Source: Tubiluchus corallicola (taxonomy: Eukaryota > Animalia > Priapulida). Taken from it: DNA of 64,000 bases. A model generated the notes under the pieces. It searched no databases and was not told where the DNA came from. It worked only from the letters and a program-made list of their open reading frames with translations. The translations under genes and the position numbers were made by a program. The DNA lies in NCBI GenBank assembly GCA_030141605.1, contig JAQGDQ010000097.1, positions 578,400-642,399 on the forward strand, in the 5' to 3' direction. Shown here piece after piece: positions 39,461-54,340 of this stretch; within the stretch, counting starts at the first letter, position 1; every line of letters begins with the position of its first letter.

Positions 39461-42400
39461 TTAGTATTGTGACTATCGCATTAAACTTTCAAAGTATAAA
39501 TCATTGGGCTTCTCGGAAGACAGGTTACCTAAACGTCTCTTGACAGTATTTACGTTGTGTGTAAATCACCACAATTTTTATTGTCATGGTTTAGCTGTAG
39601 TGATGTACTGCTGTATAAAATCAGCATGGGATGGAAAGAGCAGTTTTGTGTCGCATTCTTCGCTTTTATTGTAAAGGAAATGGAAGTTATGTCCCCATCC
39701 TTCGAGCCCAAGCATCACTTTACATAAGTATCGTTATATTTTAAATAACATAAAAAAGTAATTTGCATAACTGAAAGATGCAGAAAGTGCACATTTTAGT
39801 TAAACATATCGTGTGAGGTGAAGTAACGTATCAAAGACATAGGGCCTACTCATATGATTGAAAATAAGTATCGCGCTAGAAAGTGAAACAAAGTAGACGC
39901 GAAGAAGCGTTTTAAAGCACAAGCAGATTAAAAGAGCAGAAGTTTGCTGAACATAGATGTAAAAGTTGTAAAAATACGCTTTAGTTATATAACTAACCCA
40001 GTTTACAACTAAAACAGTTTTTCGTTGCAAAACATATGAGTATGAAACATGCAAGTAAGAACAACGAATTTTACAAGTTATAGTATCAGCCAAAATATCA
40101 TTTTTAAGATAACTGCGCACAGTTAGAACTAATTTTCTTAAGCCTATTACAATTATATAAATTCTACGGACTCTATAATAATTGCGTTGGGAGGGTGAAT
40201 TTATTGACGCTGCTTCTTTTCCGAGCGTTTTAGTTGGAAATGTACCGCCATTTCATGGGAATGAAAACGTGTCATCGTCTTTTTCCATTATTCAAGATCA
40301 ATTATCGATCAATAACACCATCTCCATTAACCCTGCTTCAACGTCTAGATCAGTAAAATCTTTCTGAGCATGCTCAGTAGACGTAAATGCAAAATTGTAC
40401 CGCTACAAAAGTAACATATCTCAAATTCATAATTATACCAAAATTGATATTATCTGCAACACGATTACCTTTATACTTTATTATTAAAAATATGGGTGTT
40501 AGTGAATATTTGCCTATTTAGTTTAACCATTCAATGTCTTAAAACGATTTCTTCTAGAATTTAAAGCCAAAAGGCAGAGTTAGTGATAAATCAATTGCTG
40601 CATAACATAAGTGCATTATGATGCATTTGAAAAGGCTCCTTGGGCGCTTAGACCCTGAGAATAAACAGATTTGCAACGCAACTTAAAAGCCAGGGGTTTT
40701 TTGAAAGGAATTCAAAAGGAAAGCCTTGGATCGTTATATGGCAAGAACCAGGCTCAGCATGTCTTATAGGGACGTTTTGTGTTGTTTTACAAGTCTTAGG
40801 ATTATGCGAGTAATTTTCCGTAACGGTTGCCCCAAAATCCAAGCCTACCATTTCCACTTCTCCTGCTTATAGATTTAACATGAAAATGGATTTGATGGAA
40901 GTGCTATGAGCTTATTTAATTCTTTTGCGAAGTTGGTTTATAAAAAAGTGAAACTTCTCATTTTTGCCAGTTTCTCTCGCTTTATTTAAAACGTAAAAAC
41001 TACAAGCAAAGCTGCTTAGTTGCAAAACAAAACATCACATTGCTTACCAACCTTTTAACGTTAGCAAGTAAACTTATGAGAATATCTCATGTGTTCTTTT
41101 TTTATTTTTGGTGGACTATTCGTTGATATTTTTGTTTTAAAATTTGCGTCATGTCGCCACGTTCTGTTGTTCAAAATTCAACAACTCCAAAATTTATGCT
41201 TTGTTTATGTAGCAGAGGTTATAGGTTTTTTGCAAATTAGGTCTTCTAATAACCCGTAGATATGGAGGATAACATGTACGATATGTTTGAAATTAATTTA
41301 CAAGGTGGCATTTTTTACAATATCTTGTCTTGAAAATAAGAAAAATTTAGCAAGGAATTACAATACTTATGCTAAGTTTTGTTTTACCTTTAATTTTATT
41401 AATAGATAACTGTTATAAATAGTTGGAGCTAGGTCAGGATTTGTTTTGAAAATCATACATTAATATGCCATCCCGGAATTCGCATTTTTAATTGGGCCTA
41501 AAATGACATTGCATAACACTTAATAATAAGACCTGGAGCATTTACATAGCACTTAATAATAACAAAAAATCTTATAATGAAAAAATGAGAAAAAGCGATG
41601 CACCGCTGTATATTTTATCCTTTTTTCTTTAAAGCAAGCTAACACTAATGAGCTGAATGTATTTTCTCATTTCTTCTTCTATCTTCTCATTTCTTCATAG
41701 TGATTTTTTCATATAATCTACAAATTCGAATTTCTGTGTTGAAAGTTATATACGATGTGTATTTAATTGCTACGGTTTTATTGTGATTTTAATAATTAAC
41801 GGCTAGGCAAACGAGTTATTATAATTATTCAAACCCAGGTAGGCCTATCACGTGACCACCTGCCCACGGCTTACTTGCGTGAACGGCAATCATCATCGGC
41901 GCAACAAAGTGTTTCTTTGAGACACGCAGGGCAAGGCGGATTCCTCACAGAGCCGTTTGTAGATGATTGTGGCAACGAAAACAAAAAACTGGTTGAATGT
42001 TTTGCTTTCCGCAGACAGACGTGGCGGGCAGAGCTGAATAATAAATTAATCTGCACATCCACTGTTGATTCATTCACAGATGGTTACTGAAAGTTGTGAC
42101 AAAAAGTATCAAAATTATGGCACAAAAGCTCCGCTCTTCTTCATCGAGATGCAATGATAATATTTACCCTTCTGGGAGCCCCAAGTTAATATTCTACCAC
42201 GCAAGGTGACAAAAGGCCACCCAGGTAACGAGTTTCAGAATTTTAACATGCAAAACGCCCAAGCCCGGGTTTTGCGTATAATTTTTGTTACGTATTTAAT
42301 CGTTAATTACCTTACTTTGGATATAATGCCCGGTAGTATTCAACAGATATTATTTTAGAATTTTTGAGTACGTTACTAAAATGTTTTTATGTAATTATTC

Positions 42401-45400
42401 AAATGCAAAGAAATATTGACTGTCTTTTGTGGCTTTTTATTTGGCACATACTGCATTTTGCGAAATTTTCATCGTATCTATATTTTATGTTAGTCTCTGC
42501 ACATTTTAGTACGTAACCTCAGTGTATATAAAATAACGTTACTGCAATCTTTTTTGTAACATTCTGACTTGAAAATGAAGGTTTACTTTATTTTTACCTT
42601 TTGTATTTAGTGACTTTTTTTAGTTATAAATATACTTCCACGCACAATGCTATTTCTCTAAACATTTTTTGACATTTTTGACAATTTTTTGACAAAAATT
42701 GAAGATTTTCTTTTGTTTAATGCTTCTAACTAGCGACTTCTCTCATTATAAGCAATTTTAGCACTAGTTAGAACTAGTCAGAACTAGTTAGAAGTCTGAA
42801 ATTGAATTATACTTATATGTTTTTCATTTTGATTATTTTGGTGAAGGCGCCATATAATTAGTAACCGCAAAAAACTCAAATAAAAATGGACCTAAATATT
42901 GGCTTGTAAACAGTAATACAAAAAACTAGAAAGTAGAAAATGTCGTTTTTCCTGACGATTCTTTCGTAACTGTCACACGGAATGTGTGTCAGTCGTAGCA
43001 GCTGTACGTTGACGATGTTTTTGTATCATATTCATAATGTGTCTTCAGAAAATATTTTGCCAGACTGCGGGTCGTTTTCGCAGAACCTTAAAATATCAGC
43101 GCCGTGATATCGACACACAAAGAACCCGTAACGGCACGATATATGCAATAAGTTTTATTATTTCCACAACAAACAGAAGAAAGTAGCAAAGCAAAACAAA
43201 TAGCAACTCGCCTGCATAAATAAAATAAACACAAATATTCGTAGAATATATAAATCTAAAGTTCACTTACTAGATACTTGCAGTGATGATTGTGCGGCGG
43301 TGGCGAAAAGACGTGCGCAGGAAAAAGGTGAAAAAGTGTTCAGAGTGCACAGGTGATTTTTGAAAAGTGTTAGAAACTATGGTTAAACATCGGTGAAATG
43401 ATATCACTGTTTTTTGCCAATTTCAAAACTTTAAACTTGGGCGATAAAAGATCATAGAGAGTAGTGGTAGAGGTATTTTTGCACAATAACATTTTTGTGC
43501 AAGTGGGCGACGGCTTTGATTTGACACTCTGAAATAAGTGGGTCAAGTCTCTGAAGGACTTGATGTTGGTGACAACTCACGAATCGTACGTGTACGGACA
43601 CTTTTTGCAATACGTACAATAAGTACACTGTAATAAACTACACAGAACTGTAGTTTTATTAAGTAAAATTCATTTACCAGTCGAGTATTTTGAAGCCATA
43701 GTAAAAGAACCGACGGAACGCTGCAGCCTAGCACGAACTGCTACACGGATACAATAATCGTAAAAATTGTATGCGTTTAAGTCTTGAACGGAAAGATTTT
43801 TAGTTATTAATAGCATAGCTTGAAAATAAGATAGTGCTCTTCTGAGACTTGTCATGATCATAATCGTAAAGAAGACGAAGTCTCAGAATTTGTATCTGTG
43901 CATTACAGCTAACAAAGTCCATGAAGGACGAAAACTCCTAGTGAAAAGTAAAAATTTAGAGACTTAATGAGCACTTTGTTTTCTTTGCGCTTATTAATAA
44001 AATAGTCTGTTTTTATTATATATAAACCTACTGTAAATTAATTTGCCGCTTGTAGTTGCAAATTAATTCAGTAACTTGATAATGAATTGCGATGATGCAT
44101 TGATATAATTGTGAAAAATATTAACAAAAACATTTTACACTTTACTTCAAATTTTCAAATCTATATCTTTATTGTTAATCCCAATTAACGGTCCTAATTA
44201 ATGTGTCTCATTTATGGTGTTACTCACGCTGGAAATAATTAGCGCGCATTGCAGAATTGTGCTTACCTCTCTACGCCCTCGTTCCACATTCTCTATAATA
44301 CTAAAGGTAGAATCGGTGTTATACAAACTGAACACCATAGATGTTATGCACGCATAAAAGACCATAAGTTTTATTTGAGAAATAGGAAAACGAACGTACA
44401 GAATTTGATGATAACTTTAATATGAGTCACTGACGATACGGAGTTATGGAGTTTCAACAACTGGGTGTATGTGTATGCAGAAAAATGTGTTATTATAACT
44501 TGTAATAATTTCTCTACATAAATTGTATTGTGTGTATATAAATTGCGTGTAAGTACGCAAACTGAGTACAGATACTGCTGCAAAATTTTTATAATTTCAT
44601 TATAGAATTTTTTTATTTTTTGTTAATTGTGAACATTAGAAATAATTAATCAGTTTTCATTCAATAAAATTTAATGTTACAATATTTATCAGTAACAGAC
44701 AACATTTTTTTTAACTGTTCTGACTGGTTTTTATGCTTTAGTTCTGCTAACGAAAATTTATTGCATAAGGCCGATAAAATTTCAAAGCCAAAAAAACACT
44801 ATTTAAGTTTTGAAAAAAAGTAACAGAAAATTTTTGAGTTGGATTGCATTTGAGTATTAAACAACTTACAAGTAGAAACGGTTAGAGCAATATATTTGCT
44901 TAGCAAATATATATTTGAGATTTGTAAGTCTGTACGTTATTGCTGCTGCTATATGAAATGAAAAATTTTTAGGTCAACATTTGTAACGGAATAAGAATTA
45001 CGCTCTGCAATGCGTGAAAAAAAAGCTGAAACGATGAAAGATGTGTAGGCGCACATCTTGTTATGTGCCTGTTTGAAAACAATATTAAACAAGGAAAATA
45101 TCTTAATAATTGTAGAATTAGTCTATGTGAACAATAATTATGTATGATCATTGTTAAAAACTCAAAAATAAATAGAAAATATCATTAATTAGTTAGATTA
45201 TGACTGTGAAGGCCAAAGTGTTGTATAAACCAGTTCTGTTTATTTTTAACATTTATTCCCATTGGGGGTAGTGAGTTGGAGAAAATTGTAGTATACAATT
45301 ATTATGCCATAACTTCAGTCATTTTTATTTTATAGAATTTGAATTTTTTATTTCACAGTGAATAATATACACATATAAATTTAGTCACAAACATTGTCAC

Positions 45401-48400
45401 ATTATGAGTGGTACTGTCACTGAGAGGAAAAGGAAGGAGCAATATTCTATCGAGTCCTCCTCTAAATAGTACAGCAATCGACACTTAACATTACATAATA
45501 TTTATCACATATTATAACGCAAAAGTTAAACAAAATAAGTTAGTAACTTAAAATCAGCATGTAAAGATAATTATTTTGCTACTTGCTTATATATCCGGTG
45601 CATATGTAAAGCTATTTGAAAAGAAAGCCGTATTTAAAATTGTATTTTTGCTTGTTTCAGCGCATTTTAGAGTTTTCGAGGCATTTTTAACATCAGCGTT
45701 ATTCATTGCTTAAATGGCGTGGTTTATTAAATGTTATGAAATCAATTAATTTTTTATCAATAAACAGTTGCATAAAAAACTTAATGACAAAATTTATCTA
45801 AGATGAAATTAAATTAATCTTAGGTAACAACCGTAAAAATTACTCTTTTTTAGAATTTATATTTATAATGAATGAAAAAGCCAGCAAGCGATTAATTAGT
45901 GAAAACAAATTTAAATTTATTCCGCAGTTCACACATGCTTGTAGCTTTAGCTAGTAATTGATTTTGAATACAATTTTTAAAATTGTTGAATCCAGTTCAA
46001 AACTCTGTTGCAGAATACTGCCAAGGAATGTAATTGTTTATTCCAAGTCAGAAGGCCTATATAACAAAAAATTACACTCACACATAATAATTATACATGC
46101 TAATTAATGGATGTGTACTGTGTTAATTTTTAGTATATTTGTTTTGGACACTGTCTCAGGATTTTGCTGCAGTTTTTAAAAACGATAAGCGATGCCATGT
46201 TTTGCTTTATATTTTGATTTTTGTTCGATAAACTTTAATTGAAAGATTATCCCAAAATTTAATGCCCGCCCAGCAAGGAGTTCCACATCACTGAAGAAAC
46301 GTTTTCTTAGCTTAAGATTGTGTCATCTTTTCCGGAAAAATCAAATTTGTTATCGGAATCGTTACTGTTGATTGTGCAAACTCAACTTTATTGAGATCTT
46401 TAGAAATGAGAAAAAAGAAATGAGAAGTCTTTCGAAAGAAAGAGTATGAAGAAATTAAAAATTAACATGAAGATGTCTTCGCCGTTGGTGTCCTTTAAAT
46501 ATGCTACTGTCTGGGTTTTCGGAACCCTTTTTTATTTATTCATACTTGAAAGCACTAAACACGCCATTATAAAAAACATTTTTCTCTATCACTTTTTGGG
46601 CATGTTTATAATGACTAAGTTTAAGACTTTGATTTTTTGCGAATAGAGAAAACAATGTGTTTCTGTATGTTCAGGTTTGAAGAAGCCTTAAATTAAATAA
46701 AAAGATCTCACTTAAATGTAGGCACAAATAGTCTGTTGTCAGAATGTGAACTGTACGTTCGTGTTACTAGTAACAGGCCTCTGTTCACAATAAACGTATA
46801 TATTTTTCCATTCTGAAAAAAATTGGTAGATTTGGGAATTTTTTTCTAAAACAAAAGAAGCCGACTAAGTTTACCCTCACTTAAGGAGCTAAGTATATTA
46901 GCGCTCAATGATAACTGTTGACTCACAGTGAAAATACAAACCTGATCAGAAACGCAAATAAACCATATCTGCTGATGGTTTTGACACTGATAGACGGAGT
47001 TCTGCTCTTCTAAGTAAAGATGTGACACTAGCTGAGCGATTGGAGCTGACTTTATTTCTGCACAAATGGTAATAAAATAAACATCTTATAGAGGGAAAAC
47101 AGCCCGGGTTATAATTGGAGCCAGGCCAAGAGTAAATGTAGATTTGGCTGGGGCTGTGGGTTGTGGGTCAAAGGTCATCCGTCCCACCAACATATGGCGA
47201 GAATAGCTTTCCCTCCTATTTCTCACAGTTCATATTCCTGGCGTTATGTGTCATCGAGACATAACACAATTATAGCCGAAATATGCCGTCTGTTAACGCG
47301 CGCTATATTAGCAGTAATTACAGAAAGAAAAACAAAATACATGAAAAAATAATAAGAGCCTGATTAAAAATTGTGCCGCCAAACCAACAACTGCCAACTT
47401 CTGGCGCTTTTGTTCATAGTGTGCAAGTACAATTAGGCCTACCCTGAAGAAGACCAAATTCATTAATGGCCTCGAGGTATAAGCCATTAATTCACCTGAA
47501 TGAGACACCAATTAATTACATTTTTTAAGTTGATTGCAGGTTAATTAAAATGCTGATTTGGTCATAATGCCAAACAGTTTCTAAGTCCTGTCATTCTAAA
47601 AACTATGCTGTCATAATGCTGTTAGAACTGGAGAATTAACTAGATTTTGATACGACGGCATGTAATTCGCTATATAAGCTCTCTCAAAGATGTGATTACA
47701 CTACTAACGTAATTCAGTTACATGCTCAAAATATCAAGATCATTATTTTTACAGCATTTGTTAAGAATGTATATTCTTATTCTGTACGCAGATGTTTTGC
47801 AATTAAATTTAAAGTAAAATAAAAAGTAATATAAAGTAATAAAAATAGATTTGCAGACTGTATATTTACTTTAGAAGGCGAAATGTGCTGATGCTTCATT
47901 AACTTAATAGTTTTTAATAATTCAACACCTTTTCTTTTTTCTAATCGCGTTTGTTCTACAAGCGTCTCGTTTTCAACGTCTATTTTTGAGAAGCTTTTTT
48001 CTCTGGTTTCGCCTCGAATGGTTTTTCAATTTGTCTTTTTCAAAGGCTTCCAGTTTTTTCCAGTCGTTTTCTTCATTAGTTTTTGCCATTCCTTTGAATC
48101 TCGGCTAGTTTTCTTTCCAAAGTCTCTTCCAAAGATTTGCTTTAGTTTTAGCATTTTTTCTTCAGTGGCTCATCTTTTGTGAAGTATTCTTCTTTTTTTG
48201 GTCTTATATTTAATAGTTCGTTTTAATTAGTCTGTATATTTAGCTGAAAATGTTTGTAAAAAATCATAGAAAACTTTTTGTGTGAAGTAGAGACAGTCTC
48301 ATGGAGAGGTATAATTACTTATGTCAGTTATAGTTGTTTTAATATCAACTGAAGCTGAGCAGGTGAAAAAAATCTGGAAAGATGACACTACGACACTTTC

Positions 48401-50834
48401 GTAATGACAATTTATCGTCAGATATTGCATTATGCAACTGTGTAAACTACTTTTTCACAGTATAAATTTCTTAACAAAATTTTACGCTTCCTTGTAGATA
48501 AATTGATAAACTGTGCAGATAAAACGTAGTCTTTAACAATGATAGTAACAATGTAATGTATTAACATTTCTTACAAGTTCATATCACCAAACTTGCTTCC
48601 TGCAGACTTTGTTGAAAACACCATCTATCAATGACAAGAAACCACTGATTAACCGTCTCGCCTTACTTTGCAACATTATAATTATGATGGCGGAAGACAA
48701 TTAATTGAAAATCAGAGAAAGAATGCGAATATTTCCTCTACTCCTAATTTCAATAAAAAAGGAAGTAACAGCAAAAGTTTCTGTTTTTGTTGGTTTTTTT
48801 GGTCAATTCATTCTTTCAGCTAATGATAATTTACCATTTTATTAGTGCCAAAATGCATACAATTCAAAAAACAAGGTATTCAATTTTGAAATATGGCGAC
48901 ACTACAGATAAACAAAAAATTATCGATAAAACAAAATATAAATTCTAAAACCGTTTTTGTTAGTTATTTTAGCAATTTAAATGAAGAGTTTAATGATTAG
49001 TGTTTAAAATAGCTTGTCACTCATTTGGCCTCATTTTCATCATCATTATTATTATTACACACAGTATATTGTCATCATGTCTTAAACTTTTTGAATTTAT
49101 AATGTTTAAACGTTAGTAAACGAACGTTTATAATGTGGAAAGTTTATGTTTGTTATGGCGAAGAAACTCTTCACGCATTTAAAATTTTCCTTGGCCAGTT
49201 GTCCTTGTTGTTTGTGTATATATGGATAGATCGGTATACGATATTAAAAAATCGGCATACGATAAGATGCGATCGTTCTTTTACAAGGTTTCGCTCAAAG
49301 TTTGGTGAAGAGAACTTGCCGTGTAAATTTTCTCGCACGTTTTGAATATTATAGAGAGTATGGCAAATTTCGTGACTTTTTTCAAATCAGCACGGACATT
49401 TCTTTCGTCATGCAGAAAACTTCATTGTCAACTACAGGTAAACTCCTTATTTTAGGATTTTTTAGTAGTTCTTCTTGATAACTTTTAGTTGGTATATTTT
49501 AGTGGCTTCTTCTTAGTAGGTGCTTTTAGCGGAGTTTGTTTTCAATAGCTTTTTACTAATGGTTTCTTTTAAAGCTTTTAAAGCCGTCTTTCTTTTTCAG
49601 TTGTTTTTAACAGCTTTTCTTGTTTTTTCTACATTATCAACTGGCTTCGAATGTCGTGATGGCTCATGAAGGAGACGCAGAATCGCTCCACTGTTTTTTG
49701 GTCATCTGTTTCGAATTGATAAGATACAAAGTAAACGTGCGTTTGACGAGTTTGTGATATAATTATGTTTGTGTTAAATAATTAGAATTTCAGTTCGCTG
49801 AGCCAAACAAAACAACCGCGCTCGTGCATGTTTACATAACGATGGTAGCTAACAGCGCGTCCACATTTTAACAACTTTGATGAAAAACGACCACATACAA
49901 AAAAAAAGAAACAAGGACACCATAGTTCTTTCCTTTAGGGGTAAGAGAAAAGGCGAGTGGTTACGTTGGGGGCCTTGTGGTCGAAGTAAAGCAACGCTAA
50001 ACCTAGGTAGTGAATAATTCGATGGTTGACTAGATAAAATACTCGTTCTGCCAATTTTATCTGCTTCTGTGCCTGCATATATTTAGCTCATTGAGAGAGG
50101 ATGAATGCACATCTGAACGTAGCTGAGAAAGTTCTGAGATGGACTATAGAGTATTATCCTGGATAATGACACATATTCTGGTCCTGCCATACCAATCTAT
50201 AGTTAGTATGAGTGTGCTGACAGACACTCACAGCTGTAGGGATGGCTTCTGTATATAAAAACTCGCTTTATTCAGGTCTATATAATGTTTTATAATCGAT
50301 TTACGTGCAATATTTGATCCAGTTGTTCTAATGCAGCCTTATTTTTTACGTTTCATCAATTAAGCGTGAACAGCTTTGTAGAACTTAGCAGCCCAACGCG
50401 CGCATGACTTCCGAAGCCGCTGCCATGTTTGTTGTTCTGTTGCAACGACCTTGTTGTTTTAGTTGCTTGACTTATTGCGTTTATTTTATTTATTCGAGAC
50501 CCAACTGGGCTTTAATTACCGAATGAAGGAAGTCGCAGCAAGAGCGATATACAGGATGTTACCTAACGTGATGTAAAGAGCTATTTGTATGCGTGGGTCA
50601 TTCGTCAGCTGCGAGTAGACCTGGATATGTGTCAACGGTGGTCGGTGGTGCGCAATAAAAAATAAAGGCCAGTGATAAGGAAGATAGTTTCGAATCAACT
50701 TAACAGCGATAATTGCATTTCACTAGTGATGGGTATGACTCTATAACTTACGTTCATTCGTCATCCCTTCACCTAGACATAGTAACGAAATTTAATATTT
50801 TTACAGCCAACAGCAAAAAGAATTTTGCACACAA

Positions 50835-51200
50835 ACTCACAACAATAACACACACCACCCACACCACACCACTCACACCACACCACCCGTACCACCCCAC
50901 AATATGTAATCCACATGCCACAACACAACACCAAAAAAAATATCACCCATAACACACCTCACCCATACCTACCACACTACACCAACACCACCCACACCAC
51001 ACCACTCTATATCACACCACGCTACCCACATTACGCCGCACCATCCACACCATGCCAATCACATCACACCACTCACGTCATGCCACACCCACCAAACCAC
51101 ACCAATCACACCATCCACAGCACACTCACTACACCATACCATACCACACCAAACCAAACTCACTACATCACATAGTGATGATGATGATGATGATGATGAT
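50835..51200. repeat. Degenerate (CACCA/CAC)n low-complexity tract plus (GAT)n (mirror at ~57863..58230)
   Basis: Directly visible; explains the H/T/P-rich ORFs. Confidence 0.85.
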
Positions 51201-51689
51201 TACGCCAACGATGACAACACTTAAAACACCTACACCAACATCACAGCAGCATAGCAAAACCATGTAAAACGTTTTGCACGAAGTTGAAACTGTGTGATAT
51301 GTCAAATGCTATTCCCCAATGATCAATAAAGCACGGACATTCTACCAGGTTTTGCTTACTGCTTCTATGATGACAATACGCTAACAGATATAAGTTACAT
51401 GTACATTTTATAACGCATTTGAATGGGATTGAGGACAGTATCTGGAACAGCCGCGAAATTTCTTACAGAGACAAATGATGTTCCAAATAGCGCGCAGTAC
51501 TTTGGGTTTGAAAAAGAACTTTGAAATACGACCTTCCCGTTTAGTTGAGTGGACCTCTCTCTCATCGATACCTTCACATCTCCTTTCCTCATCTTCTTTC
51601 TTCATCTCCTTTCTTCATCGTTTCCTTCTCTTTCTGCGAGTGTGCTTGTTTTTCTCAACGTGCCTAAACAGTTGCACAAATCTGAAGGC

Positions 51690-52066
51690 AGTTTGTGTAG
51701 CTTTTCACAAAATTTGGGTGCATGGGTCAGAGAAAACGTCCGTTACAGGAATTGGCTCTACCGCGAATTCTAAATATGCCTACGACACCCAACGTCGAAC
51801 GGGCTATCCATTCATTACCAGCATCTTCCCGGCCTATTTCTGATCTCTAGAAATAAGAGTTATAAATTTTGCAAAAACGGGCAAAAACGGCGATTTTTGG
51901 AGGTTTTTCGCCCCCCTCCCGTTCCTCCCGGTGGGCCCAATTCAAAAAGTAAACCAACAAATAGAAGACACTAGATCGAGACCTTTTGTTCGATATATAG
52001 ATCGCCGAGAATTGTGCTGTCGTTGGAGCTGTAGCCTCTAATCATGTATATAATTATATTTGTATA

Positions 52067-52110
<44 letters not shown>

Positions 52111-52112
52111 TA
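51690..52112 (+). mobile_element. Possible non-autonomous Helitron/Helentron-associated (HINE-like) fragment (mirror ~56950..57375)
   Basis: CpG-rich block with GAGTTATAAATTTT, a C/G-run hairpin region and GGAGCTGTAGC, directly followed by an (AT)n tract. The layout is reminiscent of HINE/DINE-type elements. This is pattern recognition only, and termini were not established. Confidence 0.25.
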
Positions 52113-52282
52113 TGTTAAGTCCATACCACAGCAATTAATATAATAAAAGATGTTATATTTTGCTTCAATTTTTGTGACATTGTACTAATATTTTTTACTA
52201 ACAGGTGAAAAATAAATTCTAATTCTGGTGCACTGATTCCCAGATTTGAAGACTGTTTCTATTCATTTAGTCATTCTTTCAC

Positions 52283-52673
52283 TCAGTCACTCATTCACTC
52301 ATTCACTCATTCACTCACTCACTCACTCACTCACTCACTCACTCACTCACTCACTAACTAACTCACTCACTCACTCACTCACTCACTCACTCACTCACTC
52401 ACTCACTCACTCACTCACTCATTCATTCATTCATTCATTCATTCATTCATTCATTCATTCATTCATTCATTCATTCATTCATTCATTCATTCATCCATTC
52501 ATCCATCCATTCATTCATTCATTCATTCATTCATTCATTCATTCATTCATGCATTTACTCATTCATTCATTCATTCATTCATTCATTCATTCATTCATCC
52601 ATTCATTCATTCATTCATTCATTCATTCATTCATTCATTCATTCATTCATTCATTCATTCATTCATTCATTCA
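52283..52673. repeat. (TCAC)n/(TCAT)n microsatellite
   Basis: Directly visible. Confidence 0.95.
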
Positions 52674-52925
52674 GTCATGAATTAATTCACTTCTATTTCA
52701 TTTACTACTAGGAGTAAAAAGAAGTACACGTAAGTTGACGTTATAACAATATTTAACTTAATGTGTTTAGTTTAATGTATGCACGTCTGTTTTTGATTTT
52801 GTAAACACTCATGAATCATTGTTGAACTACCTCACAAACGGATCGATGAAATCAAATTGGCTCGTATTTTTTGTGTAACTTTTATCAGTTTGTCCTGCAA
52901 AAAGTAAACATGTAGTAAGTCAAGC

Positions 52926-53080
52926 TGACGATGATAATGATGACAATGATGATGGTCACGATGACGACAATGACGATGGTCACGATGACGACGATGATGA
53001 TTAGGATGATGATTAGGATGGCGACTATAACGACGACGACGACAACGATGATGATGATGGTGACGACGACGACGACGATA
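52926..53080. repeat. (GAT)/(GAC) trinucleotide tract (mirror ~55980..56141)
   Basis: Directly visible. Confidence 0.85.
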
Positions 53081-53643
53081 GTATATCTATAATTCTACAT
53101 CTTTATTTATGCATATTTTCAGGAAATATCTACTCCGAAAGCAGACAAGCTTAACAGAAGCAACAGAAGTGTCTTTTTGCCAAGTGTCTTCGCTCAGCAG
53201 AAGTTTGATTAAATGATCAATTTAAATTTTGCAGATGTGACCAACGTCCAGGAAAGAATTCGAAACTTCAAAAGAGAAATAAAGAGATACTAAACTGCAC
53301 TGCGCATCGTTGCTCAGTTTGAACAACAATTTTAGCCCAAAAAGCTTCAAAGTTATCTCATACTATCAGGTGCATAATTTCTTACAGCACCGCCGTTGTA
53401 AACGAGCGGCAGGCGATGCTCAGTATTATATTACTTCAAGCATTTGTTATTTTTAGTAAAACTTCAGCAAAAGAGAACAAAGCAACGGCAACAAAATACG
53501 TCTGTATTCCAATCGCTTTTCCTTGAAGATGTTGGATTTTAGAACGCCTCTTCTAGAATGACAGACAGATTTCTGGATGCTGATCGCAAATAATTACGAC
53601 GAAAGTTCTTTGTAAAGATTATTTATTACTAACTAACTAACTA

Positions 53644-54340
53644 GCTTTAGTTAAACCAATCATGTCTATAATTTGCTAAAGCTTGTTTTGTAGTTGAAAA
53701 AAGCATTATTATGCTTTATATCGTCGGCGTGTCCTTGAGTGACAGAAACGAAAGATAAATTTCGTTTGTAACCGGATAGCGTGGTTTTCTTTCGCAGACC
53801 GGATAAATGAATCTTCCTTTCTCTACCAGCTTTTAAGATACATTTATTACATGAACTAACCTATGCCAGGAATGGATACTTGTATATATAAAACTCATCA
53901 AGTAGAAATGATGTCACAAATTTTACAAAAGCAAGAAATGTGCCTATACAATGTCCTACTAGAATTCACCGAACTAACATGTTTTTTGCTTCAATGGCGA
54001 ATAAAAAAGTTCTCCATTGCCGACTTTTTGTTAAAGTCCAAGTCAGTTTTACCAAGCAATGCAAGGAGCACCAGCCAGGAGTAAATCTCGTTGGATCTTA
54101 GAAGCAATCTCGAAATCAAACAGATTGGTTCAAGTCATGTGTGTAGCTTAAAAGCTAGTAGAGAAAAGAGGTTTCATTAATCTGGTATGCGCAAGAAAAC
54201 CTCAGTATCGTGCTGCAAATGAAATTTATTTTCGTTTCTGTCACTCAACGACACACTGACGAAATAAAGCAACAATAATGCTTTTTTCAACTACAAAGCA
54301 AGCTTTAACAAATTATAGACACGATTAGCATAATTAAAGC
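53644..54340. mobile_element. Older foldback/MITE-like element with ~200-bp diverged inverted arms (53644..53842 / 54141..54340)
   Basis: Paired segments include TTTGTAGTTGAAAAAAGCATTATT / AATAATGCTTTTTTCAACTACAAA, TTGAGTGACAGAAACGAAA / TTTCGTTTCTGTCACTCAA and CTCTACCAGCTTTTAAG / CTTAAAAGCTAGTAGAG. The spacer is ~300 bp and non-coding. Confidence 0.75.

Larger units (their letters stand above)
45083..53674 (+). repeat. Left arm of giant inverted duplication (>=8.6 kb)
   Basis: ORFs are mirrored across the arms, e.g. 46446..46646+ / 62437..62637-, 49133..49345+ / 59738..59950-, 51475..51843+ / 57220..57588-. Window end 64000 pairs with 45083, so the outer limit is not visible. Confidence 0.98.

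Noticed and set aside
47930-48200. Helitron N-terminal E/R/K-rich repeat coding relic (also 49450..49630)
   Set aside because: Strand-biased low-complexity sequence with many stops, no clear period and no adjacent Rep/helicase motifs.
51395-51843. 122-aa ORF and K/E-rich antisense ORFs duplicated in both arms
   Set aside because: Identity between copies reflects recent DNA duplication, not selection, and no domain is recognisable.
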